Part shown: positions 6,679 through 15,619 of the stretch, one piece after another
How positions within the stretch are numbered: the first letter of the stretch is position 1
Layout of the letters: each line of letters starts with the position of its first letter
Program-made: the position numbers and the translations under genes
Notes under the pieces: generated by a model
Seen by the model: the letters and a program-made list of their open reading frames with translations, nothing else
Told to the model about the DNA's origin: nothing
The model's database searches: none
Source of the DNA: an uncultured Ignavibacteriales bacterium
GTDB lineage: Bacteria; Zixibacteria; MSB-5A5; GN15; JAAZOE01
Assembly: GCA_964523575.1 (NCBI GenBank)
Contig: CAZGAV010000010.1
Location: 5,466-69,465 of the forward strand
Direction: 5' to 3'
Length of the DNA stretch: 64,000 nt

Positions 6679-9600
6679 ATGGAGAAAATCAAATTGGGGG
6701 CAAATACCAAATATGCCCTCGAGGGTCGTGTCGTCTCTCTGGATGCAGAGTCGACAGTTTTCGAATCGGGAGTGATATATATTGAGGGTGATACGATTGT
6801 CGACGTGAGGAAGTCGTCGCAATCCCCTCCTCAGGGATTCACCAAGAAAGACATCATCAAAACCGGCGGAACCATCTATCCGGGTTTGATCGAGTTGCAC
6901 AATCATCTCAGTTATAATATCCTGCCTATGTGGGACGTGCCGAAGACGTTTTTCAATCGTGATCAGTGGCGAAGACACCCGGATTACAAGAAAAAAATGA
7001 CCGGTCCTATGCGGATCTTAGGGAAAATCGACGGTTACCTTCAAGCCATTGTCAGATATGTCGAATGCAAATTGTTATTTTCCGGGGTGACGTCGTCTCA
7101 GGGGATAACACTCTCCATCGCGGCCAAAATCCAGAAGTTGTACAAAGGGGTGGTCCGAAATGTCGAGCAGACAATAGATGATGATCTGCCCGGCGCTGAT
7201 ACCAGAATTGCCGATGTAGATGCAAAAGATGCGGCGCATTTTCAAAAGATACTGGAGAAGTGCAAGAACTGCTACTTAATACATCTGGCAGAAGGTGTCA
7301 ACACCAGCGCCAATAAACACTTTAAAGCGCTGCAAGTGTCCCCTGATAACTGGGCCATTACGGATAAACTGGCGGGGATACACTCGGTCGGATTATATCC
7401 CGAAGATTTTAAGGTCATGCGCGATCATAACGGTTCCATTATATGGTCGCCGATGAGTAATTTTCTCCTGTACGGAACAACGGCTGATATAAAATCGGCC
7501 AAGAAAAACGAACTATTGATCGGCATGGGATCCGACTGGTCAGCCAGCGGCAGCAAAAACCTGCTTTGCGAACTCAAAGTGGCTCATTTGTTCAATAAAA
7601 ACAATGGCAATCTATTTACCGACGAACAACTGATACGAACAGTGACAACCGACGCCGCAAAAATCCTGCACTGGGATAAAAAAATAGGAAGTCTCGAGAA
7701 AGGGAAAAAGGCGGATTTGATAGTCCTGAGGGGCAAGAAAGGGGAACCCTGCACCAATCTTATAAACTCCAACGAACATCAAATCATTCTTGTGGTTATC
7801 GATGGATGGCCAAGATTCGGTTACAAGCGCTTTTTGGGTAAATTTGACGTCACATTGGAAAAGGTAAGAATCGGCACCTATACCAGGTATATGAATCTGA
7901 AAAACGAATCGGAGAATATAATAGACATCGACGTTTCATTTAAGGATGCGCAAAAGAAATTGATTAAAGGTATGCGAGACCTTCCTCAGCTTGCCAAACA
8001 ACAGGAGGACTACGACAGCGGCATTTTCGCCGGCACAACCTTTATCTCGGAACACCAATCTGACGTTAGTATATTTTTGGAGCATGAAGACCATGAGGGC
8101 AGCTCTCAGCGACATCATTTTGGTGCGGAATTTTCCTGTGGAGGGCTCTTCGATCAGGGCGCGACCGTCTATTCCGAGATATTGGAGGGCCTGGAGCTCG
8201 ATCCGCCGACCATCGCAGATGACCATCGTTATTTTGACAAACTGGCCAGACAAATGAACCTGCCTGATTACATAGCCGCCGGGCTGCCGGGATACTATGG
8301 AAGAAAAGTCACAATATCAGCTGCCGACAGCGTGTCGCGTAACAAAAGCTATCTAAAGCGGTCGAATTTCGATTCAATTCAATCCTTGGCCACCTTCCGC
8401 ATGACACCGGGATATCTGCACCCAAATGACCGACTGACCATTATCGATCAGGCAATATCCATACTAAAAAATGCCTATGTTCATTTGCCTTTGAAAAGGG
8501 CCAGACATGCGTCCAACCCCCTGAAGCGGCTGGATTTATTGCGCGATGCGGTGCAATATGATGATGATTATAATTCCGAGTTGGAGTTTCACTCCGAGAT
8601 AATCCAGATATTTAATTCATTACGGGATCTGCATACGGTCTACCATTTGCCTGCGCCATTCAATGACAAGGTTGTCTTTGTCCCCTTCATGATTGAGGAA
8701 TGCTACGAAGGCGAAGAACCCAAATACATCATTTCGCGAATAATGAGCGATGATGTTCCCTCGAGTTTTAAGATCGGTGTCGAGGTCACCCATTGGAATA
8801 ATATACCTATCAGGAGGGCTATCGCCTCCAATGGGGATCGCTATGCGGGCAGCAATAAGGCGGCCAGATTTGCAAGAGGTCTGAATTCGATGACCTTCAG
8901 GCACCTGGAGGTCATGCTGCCGCCGGAAGAAGAATCAGTCACCCTTAATTATCGAGACCCCGGGTCTGGTAAGAGGACGAAGGGCATAAAGAGGAGAATC
9001 AGCTTCCCTTGGTTGGTGGGATCGGTCAACTCAGAATACATGCTGAACATGGAAAACGGCTGGCGTGCGGCGCATCAAACGTTGTCCGGCTATGATTATA
9101 ACACTCTTTTGGTTCAGAACACACGAAAGGCCTTTTTTGCCCCCGGCCAATTATATAAGCGCAAGCTTTCTGAGGGCAGCAACAAACGCGAAAATCCTTT
9201 CTATGGATTTGAAGAGACGCGTTTCCCCAATCACTTCCGCTGCAAAAAAGTAACGCATGAGGGAAAATCATACGGTTATATCCGCATTTTCTCCTTTGAC
9301 ACCGACAACCCTTTGGGGTTGGCCGAAGAATTCGCTCGGCTGCTTCACAGGATGCCGCCGACGGGAGTGATTCTGGATGTTCGCAATAATGGAGGCGGCC
9401 ACATCCGGGCGGCCGAGTATATGCTGCAAACTCTTTCGAAAAAATATATCAACACGGAAGCGGCGCAGTTTATCAATTCCGACTTCATTGAATATTTATG
9501 CAGGGTTCATTCCCCTTCGAATATAAATGAGCAGTTGGATTTGTCCAGATGGCGAGATTCCCTGGATGAGTTAAGAAATACCGGGGAAGATTATAGTCAG

Positions 9601-10044
9601 GGATTTCCGCTGACACCGCGGTCCCTGTTGAAACGATTTCGGTCGAATCGAGGTTACAAGCTGGTATTGATCACCGACGCCTTATGCTATAGCGCCACCG
9701 ATATATTTGCTTCAGGATTTCAAGATAATAAACTCGGTACAATACTGGGTATACATGAAAACACCGGTGCGGGTGGCGCCAACGTGTGGACTCATTCGAT
9801 CCTTTACGAGCTGACCCTGGATGTGAATGGGGATTCACAGTATTTCGAACCCCTCCCTTGTGGCGCCAATTTCACTGTAGCCATACGCCGCATGTTGCGG
9901 ACCGGCGACAATCAGGGCCTGCCTTTGGAGGATCTAGGTGTCGAACCGGATTATATCCACCGGATGACAAAAGCCGATTTGCTGGGTAAAGACCATGCAA
10001 ACAGGGATCTTATTGCCAGAGCGTGTGAAATTCTTCGTGAGTGA
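6679..10044 (+). CDS. Fusion protein: N-terminal COG0402-type (nucleobase/nucleoside deaminase-like) amidohydrolase and C-terminal peptidase S41 (tail-specific/tricorn-like) domain
   Basis: RBS TAGGAGGT precedes ATG 6679. Amidohydrolase motifs: PGLIELHNHLSY (HxH), IHLAEG (HxxE), HSVGL, SPMSNFLL, GMGSDWSAS, GSLEKGKKADLIVL. S41 motifs: DLHTVYHLP helper region, GVILDVRNNGGGH, LVLITDALCYSATDIFASGF (Ser nucleophile context), TILGIHENTGAGGANV. 1121 aa, with no signal peptide evident. Confidence 0.75.
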   Translation: MEKIKLGANTKYALEGRVVSLDAESTVFESGVIYIEGDTIVDVRKSSQSPPQGFTKKDIIKTGGTIYPGLIELHNHLSYNILPMWDVPKTFFNRDQWRRHPDYKKKMTGPMRILGKIDGYLQAIVRYVECKLLFSGVTSSQGITLSIAAKIQKLYKGVVRNVEQTIDDDLPGADTRIADVDAKDAAHFQKILEKCKNCYLIHLAEGVNTSANKHFKALQVSPDNWAITDKLAGIHSVGLYPEDFKVMRDHNGSIIWSPMSNFLLYGTTADIKSAKKNELLIGMGSDWSASGSKNLLCELKVAHLFNKNNGNLFTDEQLIRTVTTDAAKILHWDKKIGSLEKGKKADLIVLRGKKGEPCTNLINSNEHQIILVVIDGWPRFGYKRFLGKFDVTLEKVRIGTYTRYMNLKNESENIIDIDVSFKDAQKKLIKGMRDLPQLAKQQEDYDSGIFAGTTFISEHQSDVSIFLEHEDHEGSSQRHHFGAEFSCGGLFDQGATVYSEILEGLELDPPTIADDHRYFDKLARQMNLPDYIAAGLPGYYGRKVTISAADSVSRNKSYLKRSNFDSIQSLATFRMTPGYLHPNDRLTIIDQAISILKNAYVHLPLKRARHASNPLKRLDLLRDAVQYDDDYNSELEFHSEIIQIFNSLRDLHTVYHLPAPFNDKVVFVPFMIEECYEGEEPKYIISRIMSDDVPSSFKIGVEVTHWNNIPIRRAIASNGDRYAGSNKAARFARGLNSMTFRHLEVMLPPEEESVTLNYRDPGSGKRTKGIKRRISFPWLVGSVNSEYMLNMENGWRAAHQTLSGYDYNTLLVQNTRKAFFAPGQLYKRKLSEGSNKRENPFYGFEETRFPNHFRCKKVTHEGKSYGYIRIFSFDTDNPLGLAEEFARLLHRMPPTGVILDVRNNGGGHIRAAEYMLQTLSKKYINTEAAQFINSDFIEYLCRVHSPSNINEQLDLSRWRDSLDELRNTGEDYSQGFPLTPRSLLKRFRSNRGYKLVLITDALCYSATDIFASGFQDNKLGTILGIHENTGAGGANVWTHSILYELTLDVNGDSQYFEPLPCGANFTVAIRRMLRTGDNQGLPLEDLGVEPDYIHRMTKADLLGKDHANRDLIARACEILRE

Positions 10045-10105
10045 CGTTGTCGGTGTAGATATACCAGACCTCGTGAGACATATTGTGTTTTATTGTAATT
10101 CACAA

Positions 10106-10330
10106 ATGGAGGTTCGTTCGTTGAAGCATCAGATTCGATCAGCGAGGGTGAAAAGGCTGGTATCGGAGTTGGCGGAGGCTTTAGGCAGCGATGCCATGGC
10201 GTACCGTGACTTTGAAATCCCGCGCTCGACAATCTATCGGTGGAAGAAAGCCTATGTCGAGAAGGGGGTAGACGGTCTGGTTCAGAGAAAGCCAATCGCC
10301 AGGACCCTGAGCTTTAGCGAGGACCAATCG
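10106..10330 (+). pseudogene. Truncated transposase N-terminal helix-turn-helix remnant
   Basis: ...DFEIPRSTIYRWKKAYVEKGVDGLVQRKP... matches the HTH found at the N-terminus of IS481/IS630/IS3-type transposases. No catalytic domain follows, and the frame runs into the GIY-YIG unit. Confidence 0.45.
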
Positions 10331-10344
10331 ATGCGGAGCATCTT

Positions 10345-10629
10345 ATGTGGTACATATATATCCTGGAATGCCGTGACGGTTCCTATTACACCGGTGTCGC
10401 CAAAGACGTAAGGGCGCGGCTGGATAAACATAATTCCGGCAAAGGGGCGAAATATACGCGGATGAAGCGCCCGTGCACCATCGTCTATGTCGAGGAACAT
10501 CCGGATGAAAGCTCGGCGCGCCGTCGTGAGCTGGAAATAAAAAGCTGGCGGCGCGATAAGAAAGAAGAATTAATCCGCGGGTTTCCTTCGTCGGTCCCGG
10601 ACGGCCTCCCCAGTATCTCCGGGCAATAG
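10345..10629 (+). CDS. Small GIY-YIG nuclease superfamily protein, copy 2
   Basis: 94 aa, with 83/94 identity to copy 1. Shared flanks: CCCTGAGCTTTAGCGA (10305-10320 vs 4041-4056) and the 3' ...ACGAATCC.ACCTCCTCC. Confidence 0.9.
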   Translation: MWYIYILECRDGSYYTGVAKDVRARLDKHNSGKGAKYTRMKRPCTIVYVEEHPDESSARRRELEIKSWRRDKKEELIRGFPSSVPDGLPSISGQ

Positions 10630-10654
10630 TCCATCAACGAATCCAACCTCCTCC

Positions 10655-10674
10655 GGGGGCAGAAGCCCCTTTTT
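10655..10674 (+). terminator. Short GC hairpin plus T-run after GIY-YIG copy 2
   Basis: GGGGGC-AGAA-GCCCC followed by TTTTT. This is the same hairpin type as 3732-3745 and 4427-4439. Confidence 0.45.
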
Positions 10675-10886
10675 GCAGGCGGGGATATTACGAATAATTT
10701 TTAAGAAATATTCTCCGGGGGCCCTTTCAAACCTCTAACTAAATATCTGATAATAGAATAGAGGCAATAAGCCGAGGCCTCTCAATCAGCTTGAGGGGCG
10801 CCCGCGCACCCTTGAACCACCACCGGCCGGAGCGGCCGCCTAATAACGACGGAAACAAAATATTATTTCAACATCGACAAATTCGT

Positions 10887-10915
10887 TTGCGTATTTTGCT
10901 TTGTATGCATAATGT
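10887..10915 (+). promoter_or_regulatory. Possible sigma-70-type promoter of the MarR-efflux operon
   Basis: TTGCGT, 17-nt spacer, TAATGT, ~40 bp upstream of ATG 10952. Moderate match only. Confidence 0.3.
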
Positions 10916-10951
10916 TTGGTTACAAAATGGTTTGATGACGGTGAGGCGTCC

Positions 10952-11413
10952 ATGAAGACTGAGACCCGTCGACAGGATATCGGCGAAATTGTCAACTCCA
11001 TCCGGTTGTTGCAGGGCGTGAGCCGCCGGCAGTCGGGTGAATTTGTCCGCAAATACCGGATTACCGGCCAGCAGCTCGGCGCCCTTCGCATCGTGGCCCT
11101 GTCGCCGGGTATTTCTCTGCGTCAACTCAGCGAACGTCTGTACCTGCACATCAGCACCGTCTCCGGCATCGTTGATCGCCTCGAGAAGAGAGGGTATGCA
11201 GTGCGCGAGCGGAGTCTTGAGGATCGCCGGGTGGTGCACCTGAAAGTTACGGCGGCCGGAAGGAGGGTGATCCGGCGAACGCCGCTGGCCGGGATGGGGT
11301 TTCTGATTCATACCATCGATCAACTTCCGGACGGGCAATTGCGCGATATCCTGAAGGGATTAAGACCGCTACTGGACATGATGAAAATCAAAGGCGGACG
11401 CCGCCGCGATTAA
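10952..11413 (+). CDS. MarR family transcriptional regulator
   Basis: ITGQQLGALRIVALSPGISLRQLSERLYLHISTVSGIVDRLEKRGYAVRERSLEDRRVVHLKVT is a typical MarR winged HTH. The start is trimmed to ATG 10952, which has a GGTGAGG RBS. Confidence 0.85.
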   Translation: MKTETRRQDIGEIVNSIRLLQGVSRRQSGEFVRKYRITGQQLGALRIVALSPGISLRQLSERLYLHISTVSGIVDRLEKRGYAVRERSLEDRRVVHLKVTAAGRRVIRRTPLAGMGFLIHTIDQLPDGQLRDILKGLRPLLDMMKIKGGRRRD

Positions 11414-11432
11414 TGACAATGAAAAATGAAAG

Positions 11433-12410
11433 ATGACTGACAAAATGGCTGAAGAAAATAAAGGAGGGGAACGGCCAGCGATTCCGCCAACCGGGCGCCG
11501 CCGCAAAAAAAGATTCTTTATTCCGGCGCTGATATTATTGATTCTCGCCGCCGCGATATTCCTCTACTGGTACTACTTTCTCCGGGGCTATGTCGCCACC
11601 GATGACGCCGTGATCGACAGCGATCCCGTGACCATCAGTTCGAAAATCCTTGGCCGCATTGTGGCTTTGAACACCGATGAAGGCGATTCGGTGGAGGCTG
11701 GCGAACTCCTGGTGCAGCTTGACGATTCCGACCTTAAAGCCCGGGAGGCTCAGGCTGTGGCCGACCTCGACTATATCCAGCAAAACGTGCGCGTGGCGAG
11801 CATCGCTCTGGGACGCGCCCGTGATGATTTCGGTCGGGATTCCGTCCAATTTTCCGATCATGCGATTACCCGGGAGCAATTCGATCATACCCGAAGCGCC
11901 CTCGAAATGGCGCAGGCTCAGCAGGCCGTCGCGCTCAGTCATGTCAAGGCGTCGCAGGCGCAATTGGCGGTTATCGAGACGGAACTCGCCAACACCAGAA
12001 TAAGCGCTTCCTCCTCCGGAGTCGTGGCCCGTAAATGGGTCGTTCCCGGCGATATCGTCCAGCCCGGCCAGCCGATTTTCACCATGTTCGACCTGAACGA
12101 CGTCTGGGTGACGGCGAATTTCGAAGAAACCAAATTGGCCTCGATCCATCCGGGCGACTCGGTTGAGATTTCGGTGGACGCCATTCCCGGCCGCAAATTC
12201 GCCGGCATGGTCAAATTGATCGGCGCCGCGGCCGCCTCGCAGTTCGCGCTCATTCCGCCCAACAACGCCTCCGGCAACTTCACCAAAATCACCCAGCGGA
12301 TACCGGTCAAGATCCTGTTCTCCGACCTCGACGGCAATGGTACCCTCGGGCAAGTGTCTTTGCTTCCGGGAATGTCGGTCGAAGTGAAAATAAGGCTCAC
12401 GGAGAAGTAG
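11433..12410 (+). CDS. HlyD/EmrA-family membrane fusion (periplasmic adaptor) protein
   Basis: N-terminal TM, then YVATDDAVIDSDPVTISSKILGRIVAL...GDSVEAGELLVQLD (biotinyl-lipoyl-like hairpin), a coiled coil, and a C-terminal beta-barrel (NFTKITQRIPVKI). Confidence 0.85.
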   Translation: MTDKMAEENKGGERPAIPPTGRRRKKRFFIPALILLILAAAIFLYWYYFLRGYVATDDAVIDSDPVTISSKILGRIVALNTDEGDSVEAGELLVQLDDSDLKAREAQAVADLDYIQQNVRVASIALGRARDDFGRDSVQFSDHAITREQFDHTRSALEMAQAQQAVALSHVKASQAQLAVIETELANTRISASSSGVVARKWVVPGDIVQPGQPIFTMFDLNDVWVTANFEETKLASIHPGDSVEISVDAIPGRKFAGMVKLIGAAAASQFALIPPNNASGNFTKITQRIPVKILFSDLDGNGTLGQVSLLPGMSVEVKIRLTEK

Positions 12411-12413
12411 GCC

Positions 12414-14051
12414 ATGACGACTCGCCGGTGGCGCGACATGCGCTCGAAATTGGTTCAGAACTACCCGCAACTGCGACCCGAACATCCGACGTATCGCTGG
12501 TTGGTGCTGGCGGGAGTCATGATTGCGACCTTTATGGCGGTGCTGGACGCCACCATCGTCAATGTCGCCCTGCCGAAACTGATGTCTTCGTTCGGGGTCT
12601 CGGTCGATCGCGTGGAATGGGTTCTCACGGCCTATTTGCTGGTGTTCAGTGTTATGTTGCCGACCTCCGGCTGGCTGGCCGACCACCTCGGATATAAATT
12701 GATATTCACGCTGGGGCTGTTGTTGTTCACGGTCAGTTCGTTCCTGTGCAGTCTGGCCTGGGATTTCAATATCCTGATACTTTTCAGGGTGCTTCAGGGG
12801 GCCGGTTCGGGTATCCTGATGCCGGTCGGGATGGCGATTATCACGCGCGAATTTCCACCCGAGAAGCGGGGCATCGCGCTGGCCTTCTGGTCGATGGCGG
12901 CGTCGGCCTCGGTTTCGCTGGGACCGACTATCGGCGGCTACCTGATCGACCGCTTTTCATGGCATACGATTTTCGACGTCAACGTCCCGGTCGGCATTGT
13001 CGGGATGATCGCCGCCATGATCATTCTTCGGGAGCGTAAAGCCGCCGATTCCCATACCTTCGATCTGGTCGGCTTCATTTCGCTCACGGCTTTTCTGACA
13101 TCGCTTCTGCTGGCCCTGGCCAACGGCAATTCGGCCTGGAACACCGGCGGCTGGACTTCCAATTATATTCTGACCTGTTTCGCTGTGTCGGCGGTGTCGC
13201 TGGTCGTCTTTTTGACCGCGGAGTTCACGGTGTCGCATCCGCTCATCGAGCTTAAACTCTTCAAAAATTTCAACTTCGGGGTATGCAATATCGTGTTGTT
13301 TCTGGTTGGCGTGGGGATGTTCGGCAGTACTTTTCTTCTGCCTATTTATCTCCAGGATTCACTCGGTTACACGCCTTTTCAGGCCGGTCTGGTCTTTCTG
13401 CCGGTCGGCCTTATGCAGGGTATCGTGGCCCCGCTGGCCGGTTGGTTCAGCGACCGTTTCACCCCCAAGATACCGTCGATTCTCGGCCTTCTTTTGATGG
13501 TTGTTACCTTCTACCAATATTCAACGCTGTCATTGTTTTCCGGGAAAGAGGATATAACCTTTCCGCTCATCCTGCGCGGCGTCGCCATCGGGGCCTTGTT
13601 CGCGCCGCTGATGACCATGGCTATCTCGGAAATATCGCATCAGAAGATGGCTCAAGCCTCCGGTTTGCTGAATGTCGTTCGGCAGATCGGCGGAAGTTTC
13701 GGAGTGGCGGTGTTTGGGACGATTCTCGCGCGGCGGACCATATATCATGCGGCGACGTATGGCGAGCAGGCCAGTGCCTATTCCGACAGCTTCCAGCAGA
13801 CGGCCATGAAATTGCAGTCATGGGCGATGCATGCCGCCGGAAGTACGGCGGCTAAAGCTATGGCGCAGGCCAAGGCGATGATCGGGAGCTTTATCGGAAC
13901 GCAGGCGTTTATCCGGGCGGTTGACGACGTGTTTCTCCTGGCCGCCGTGGTTCTCCTGATAGGATTGGTTCCGCTTCTTCTGACTCGGACACGCCATGCC
14001 GCCGCCCGCCCTCGCCCCGGAAAGAAACCCGTTCCGGCGCAAGTCGAATAG
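12414..14051 (+). CDS. MFS transporter, DHA2 (EmrB/QacA, 14-TMS) drug efflux family
   Basis: FMAVLDATIVNVALPKL, LGYKLIFTLGLLLF, RVLQGAGSGILMP and many hydrophobic segments. Lies between the adaptor and TolC genes. Confidence 0.9.
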   Translation: MTTRRWRDMRSKLVQNYPQLRPEHPTYRWLVLAGVMIATFMAVLDATIVNVALPKLMSSFGVSVDRVEWVLTAYLLVFSVMLPTSGWLADHLGYKLIFTLGLLLFTVSSFLCSLAWDFNILILFRVLQGAGSGILMPVGMAIITREFPPEKRGIALAFWSMAASASVSLGPTIGGYLIDRFSWHTIFDVNVPVGIVGMIAAMIILRERKAADSHTFDLVGFISLTAFLTSLLLALANGNSAWNTGGWTSNYILTCFAVSAVSLVVFLTAEFTVSHPLIELKLFKNFNFGVCNIVLFLVGVGMFGSTFLLPIYLQDSLGYTPFQAGLVFLPVGLMQGIVAPLAGWFSDRFTPKIPSILGLLLMVVTFYQYSTLSLFSGKEDITFPLILRGVAIGALFAPLMTMAISEISHQKMAQASGLLNVVRQIGGSFGVAVFGTILARRTIYHAATYGEQASAYSDSFQQTAMKLQSWAMHAAGSTAAKAMAQAKAMIGSFIGTQAFIRAVDDVFLLAAVVLLIGLVPLLLTRTRHAAARPRPGKKPVPAQVE

Positions 14052-14061
14052 GATACCGGAT

Positions 14062-15372
14062 ATGAGAATATCTACAGTTATAGCGGCTTTGATAACCTGG
14101 GGTTGTATGGTCGGTGCAGCCCTCGCTCAGGTCGAATTTTCCGACTCGATCACCGTCGAGCAGGCGATCAAGATGACGCTTGAAAATCACCCGGCGGTTC
14201 GAAAGGCGGAATATGGCATGACCGCCTCGGCGGCACGGGTTGAAGTTAATCGTAGCGCCCGTTACCCGGATATCTCGGTCAAAGGCGATTACACCCGGAT
14301 CGGGCCGGTACCGTCTTTCTCGCTCCCCGGACAGGGCCCCTTGGAACTGGCGCCCTATGATAATTTCGATTTTCATCTGGGTTTGCGGCAGACGCTGTAT
14401 GATTTCGGCCGGACCGACGAGGCCGTAAATCTGGCCGAAACTTCGCGTCAGACGGCGGCGGACAATATCGATCTGGTCAAATTCGACCTCGCCTACCAGA
14501 CCGTTGGCGTCTTTACTAATATTCTGATCCTGCACCAACGATTTGCCGTCCTCGATGAACAACTCCAAACGCTCCGGCAACATCTGGAGATGAGCGTCAA
14601 GCGGATGGAGGTCGGAACCGCGACCGATTTCGATACCCTGACGATTCAGGTCCGCATCGCCGTCGTCGAAAGCGACAGCATCGACGCCGCACATGCTCTG
14701 GAAAGCCGGGAAATCATGCTCCGGCAGTTGACTGGCCTGCCGCCGGAAACGCCAATCAACCTGCGCGGCTCATTCGCGTCCGATAAAGTGGCGCTTGATG
14801 CCGACTCGCTGATGGCGGCCGCGGAAAAACAGCGGCCGGAACTGCTTCTCTCCCATGACCTCGAATCCGGCGCCACTGCCCAATCGCGACTGGCCGCCCT
14901 GGGCGACAAACCGTCTCTGGATTTGAATCTCGTCACCGGATTTAAGAATGGGTATGAGCCCAACCTGAATACATGGCGAGGAAATTATGCGGCCGGACTC
15001 GAATTGAAAATCCCCGTGTTCAACGGCCGCAAAACCAAACATCAAACCGCCGAGGCTGAGGCCGGACTCAATTCGGCCCGGGCGCATACGGCCGATCTCG
15101 AACGGCAGATTCATGCAGAGATTCTTCAGGCTTTAGCGGGCGTCAATTCCAATCTGAAAAAGATTTCCAGCACCGAAACGCAGGTGCGTCAGGCCGAAAA
15201 GGCGGTGTCGATGGCCCGTGTGCGCTATGCCGCCGGTGTGACAACCAACCTGGACCTGCTCGACGCCGAGACGACGCTTTCAGAAGCGAAACTGATCCGC
15301 TTGCGGGCCTTCTACGATTACACAGCCAGCTTGAATGCGCTCGATCGGGCCACCGGCAGAAAGGTGTGGTAG
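14062..15372 (+). CDS. TolC-family outer membrane efflux protein
   Basis: Trimmed to ATG 14062 (signal peptide MRISTVIAALITWGCMVGAALAQ). Shows a two-fold repeat of coiled-coil/beta segments, ending ...YDYTASLNALDRATG, which is typical of OMF proteins. Confidence 0.85.
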   Translation: MRISTVIAALITWGCMVGAALAQVEFSDSITVEQAIKMTLENHPAVRKAEYGMTASAARVEVNRSARYPDISVKGDYTRIGPVPSFSLPGQGPLELAPYDNFDFHLGLRQTLYDFGRTDEAVNLAETSRQTAADNIDLVKFDLAYQTVGVFTNILILHQRFAVLDEQLQTLRQHLEMSVKRMEVGTATDFDTLTIQVRIAVVESDSIDAAHALESREIMLRQLTGLPPETPINLRGSFASDKVALDADSLMAAAEKQRPELLLSHDLESGATAQSRLAALGDKPSLDLNLVTGFKNGYEPNLNTWRGNYAAGLELKIPVFNGRKTKHQTAEAEAGLNSARAHTADLERQIHAEILQALAGVNSNLKKISSTETQVRQAEKAVSMARVRYAAGVTTNLDLLDAETTLSEAKLIRLRAFYDYTASLNALDRATGRKVW

Positions 15373-15460
15373 TGAATAAAAAGCCTATAGTACAGGGCTC
15401 AGGTCACGGGGGAGAGCGCCGACAGTATAAAACATTACCTCCGTAAAAAATAAAAAATGG

Positions 15461-15489
15461 TTGCCAAGGGCCATATTCTGGCTTAGTAT
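15461..15489 (+). promoter_or_regulatory. sigma-70-type promoter candidate for the kinase/receiver/TauE cluster
   Basis: TTGCCA (15461-15466), 17-nt spacer, TAGTAT (15484-15489). Leaves a ~130-nt leader before ATG 15620. Confidence 0.4.
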
Positions 15490-15619
15490 GATTAGATAGC
15501 TTGTCTGTTTTAGCCGAAGACTGACGGAATTGGGCGTACAATAGACGCCCGGCGGAATCTATTTAACTTCCCGACGTTAGGCGGGCGCAGTCTACTGGCA
15601 ACAGAGGACGGAGAGAGCG

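Noticed and set aside
9995-10105. Upstream part of the 138-aa ORF overlapping the end of the amidohydrolase-S41 gene
   Set aside because: Only the segment from ATG 10106 shows the HTH similarity. The earlier codons overlap the 3' end of a supported gene.
11535-12686. 383-aa minus-strand ORF antisense to the HlyD and MFS genes
   Set aside because: The sense strand encodes clear family members. The antisense product is R/G/H/D-rich and low in complexity, as expected for stop-poor antisense frames in GC-rich DNA.
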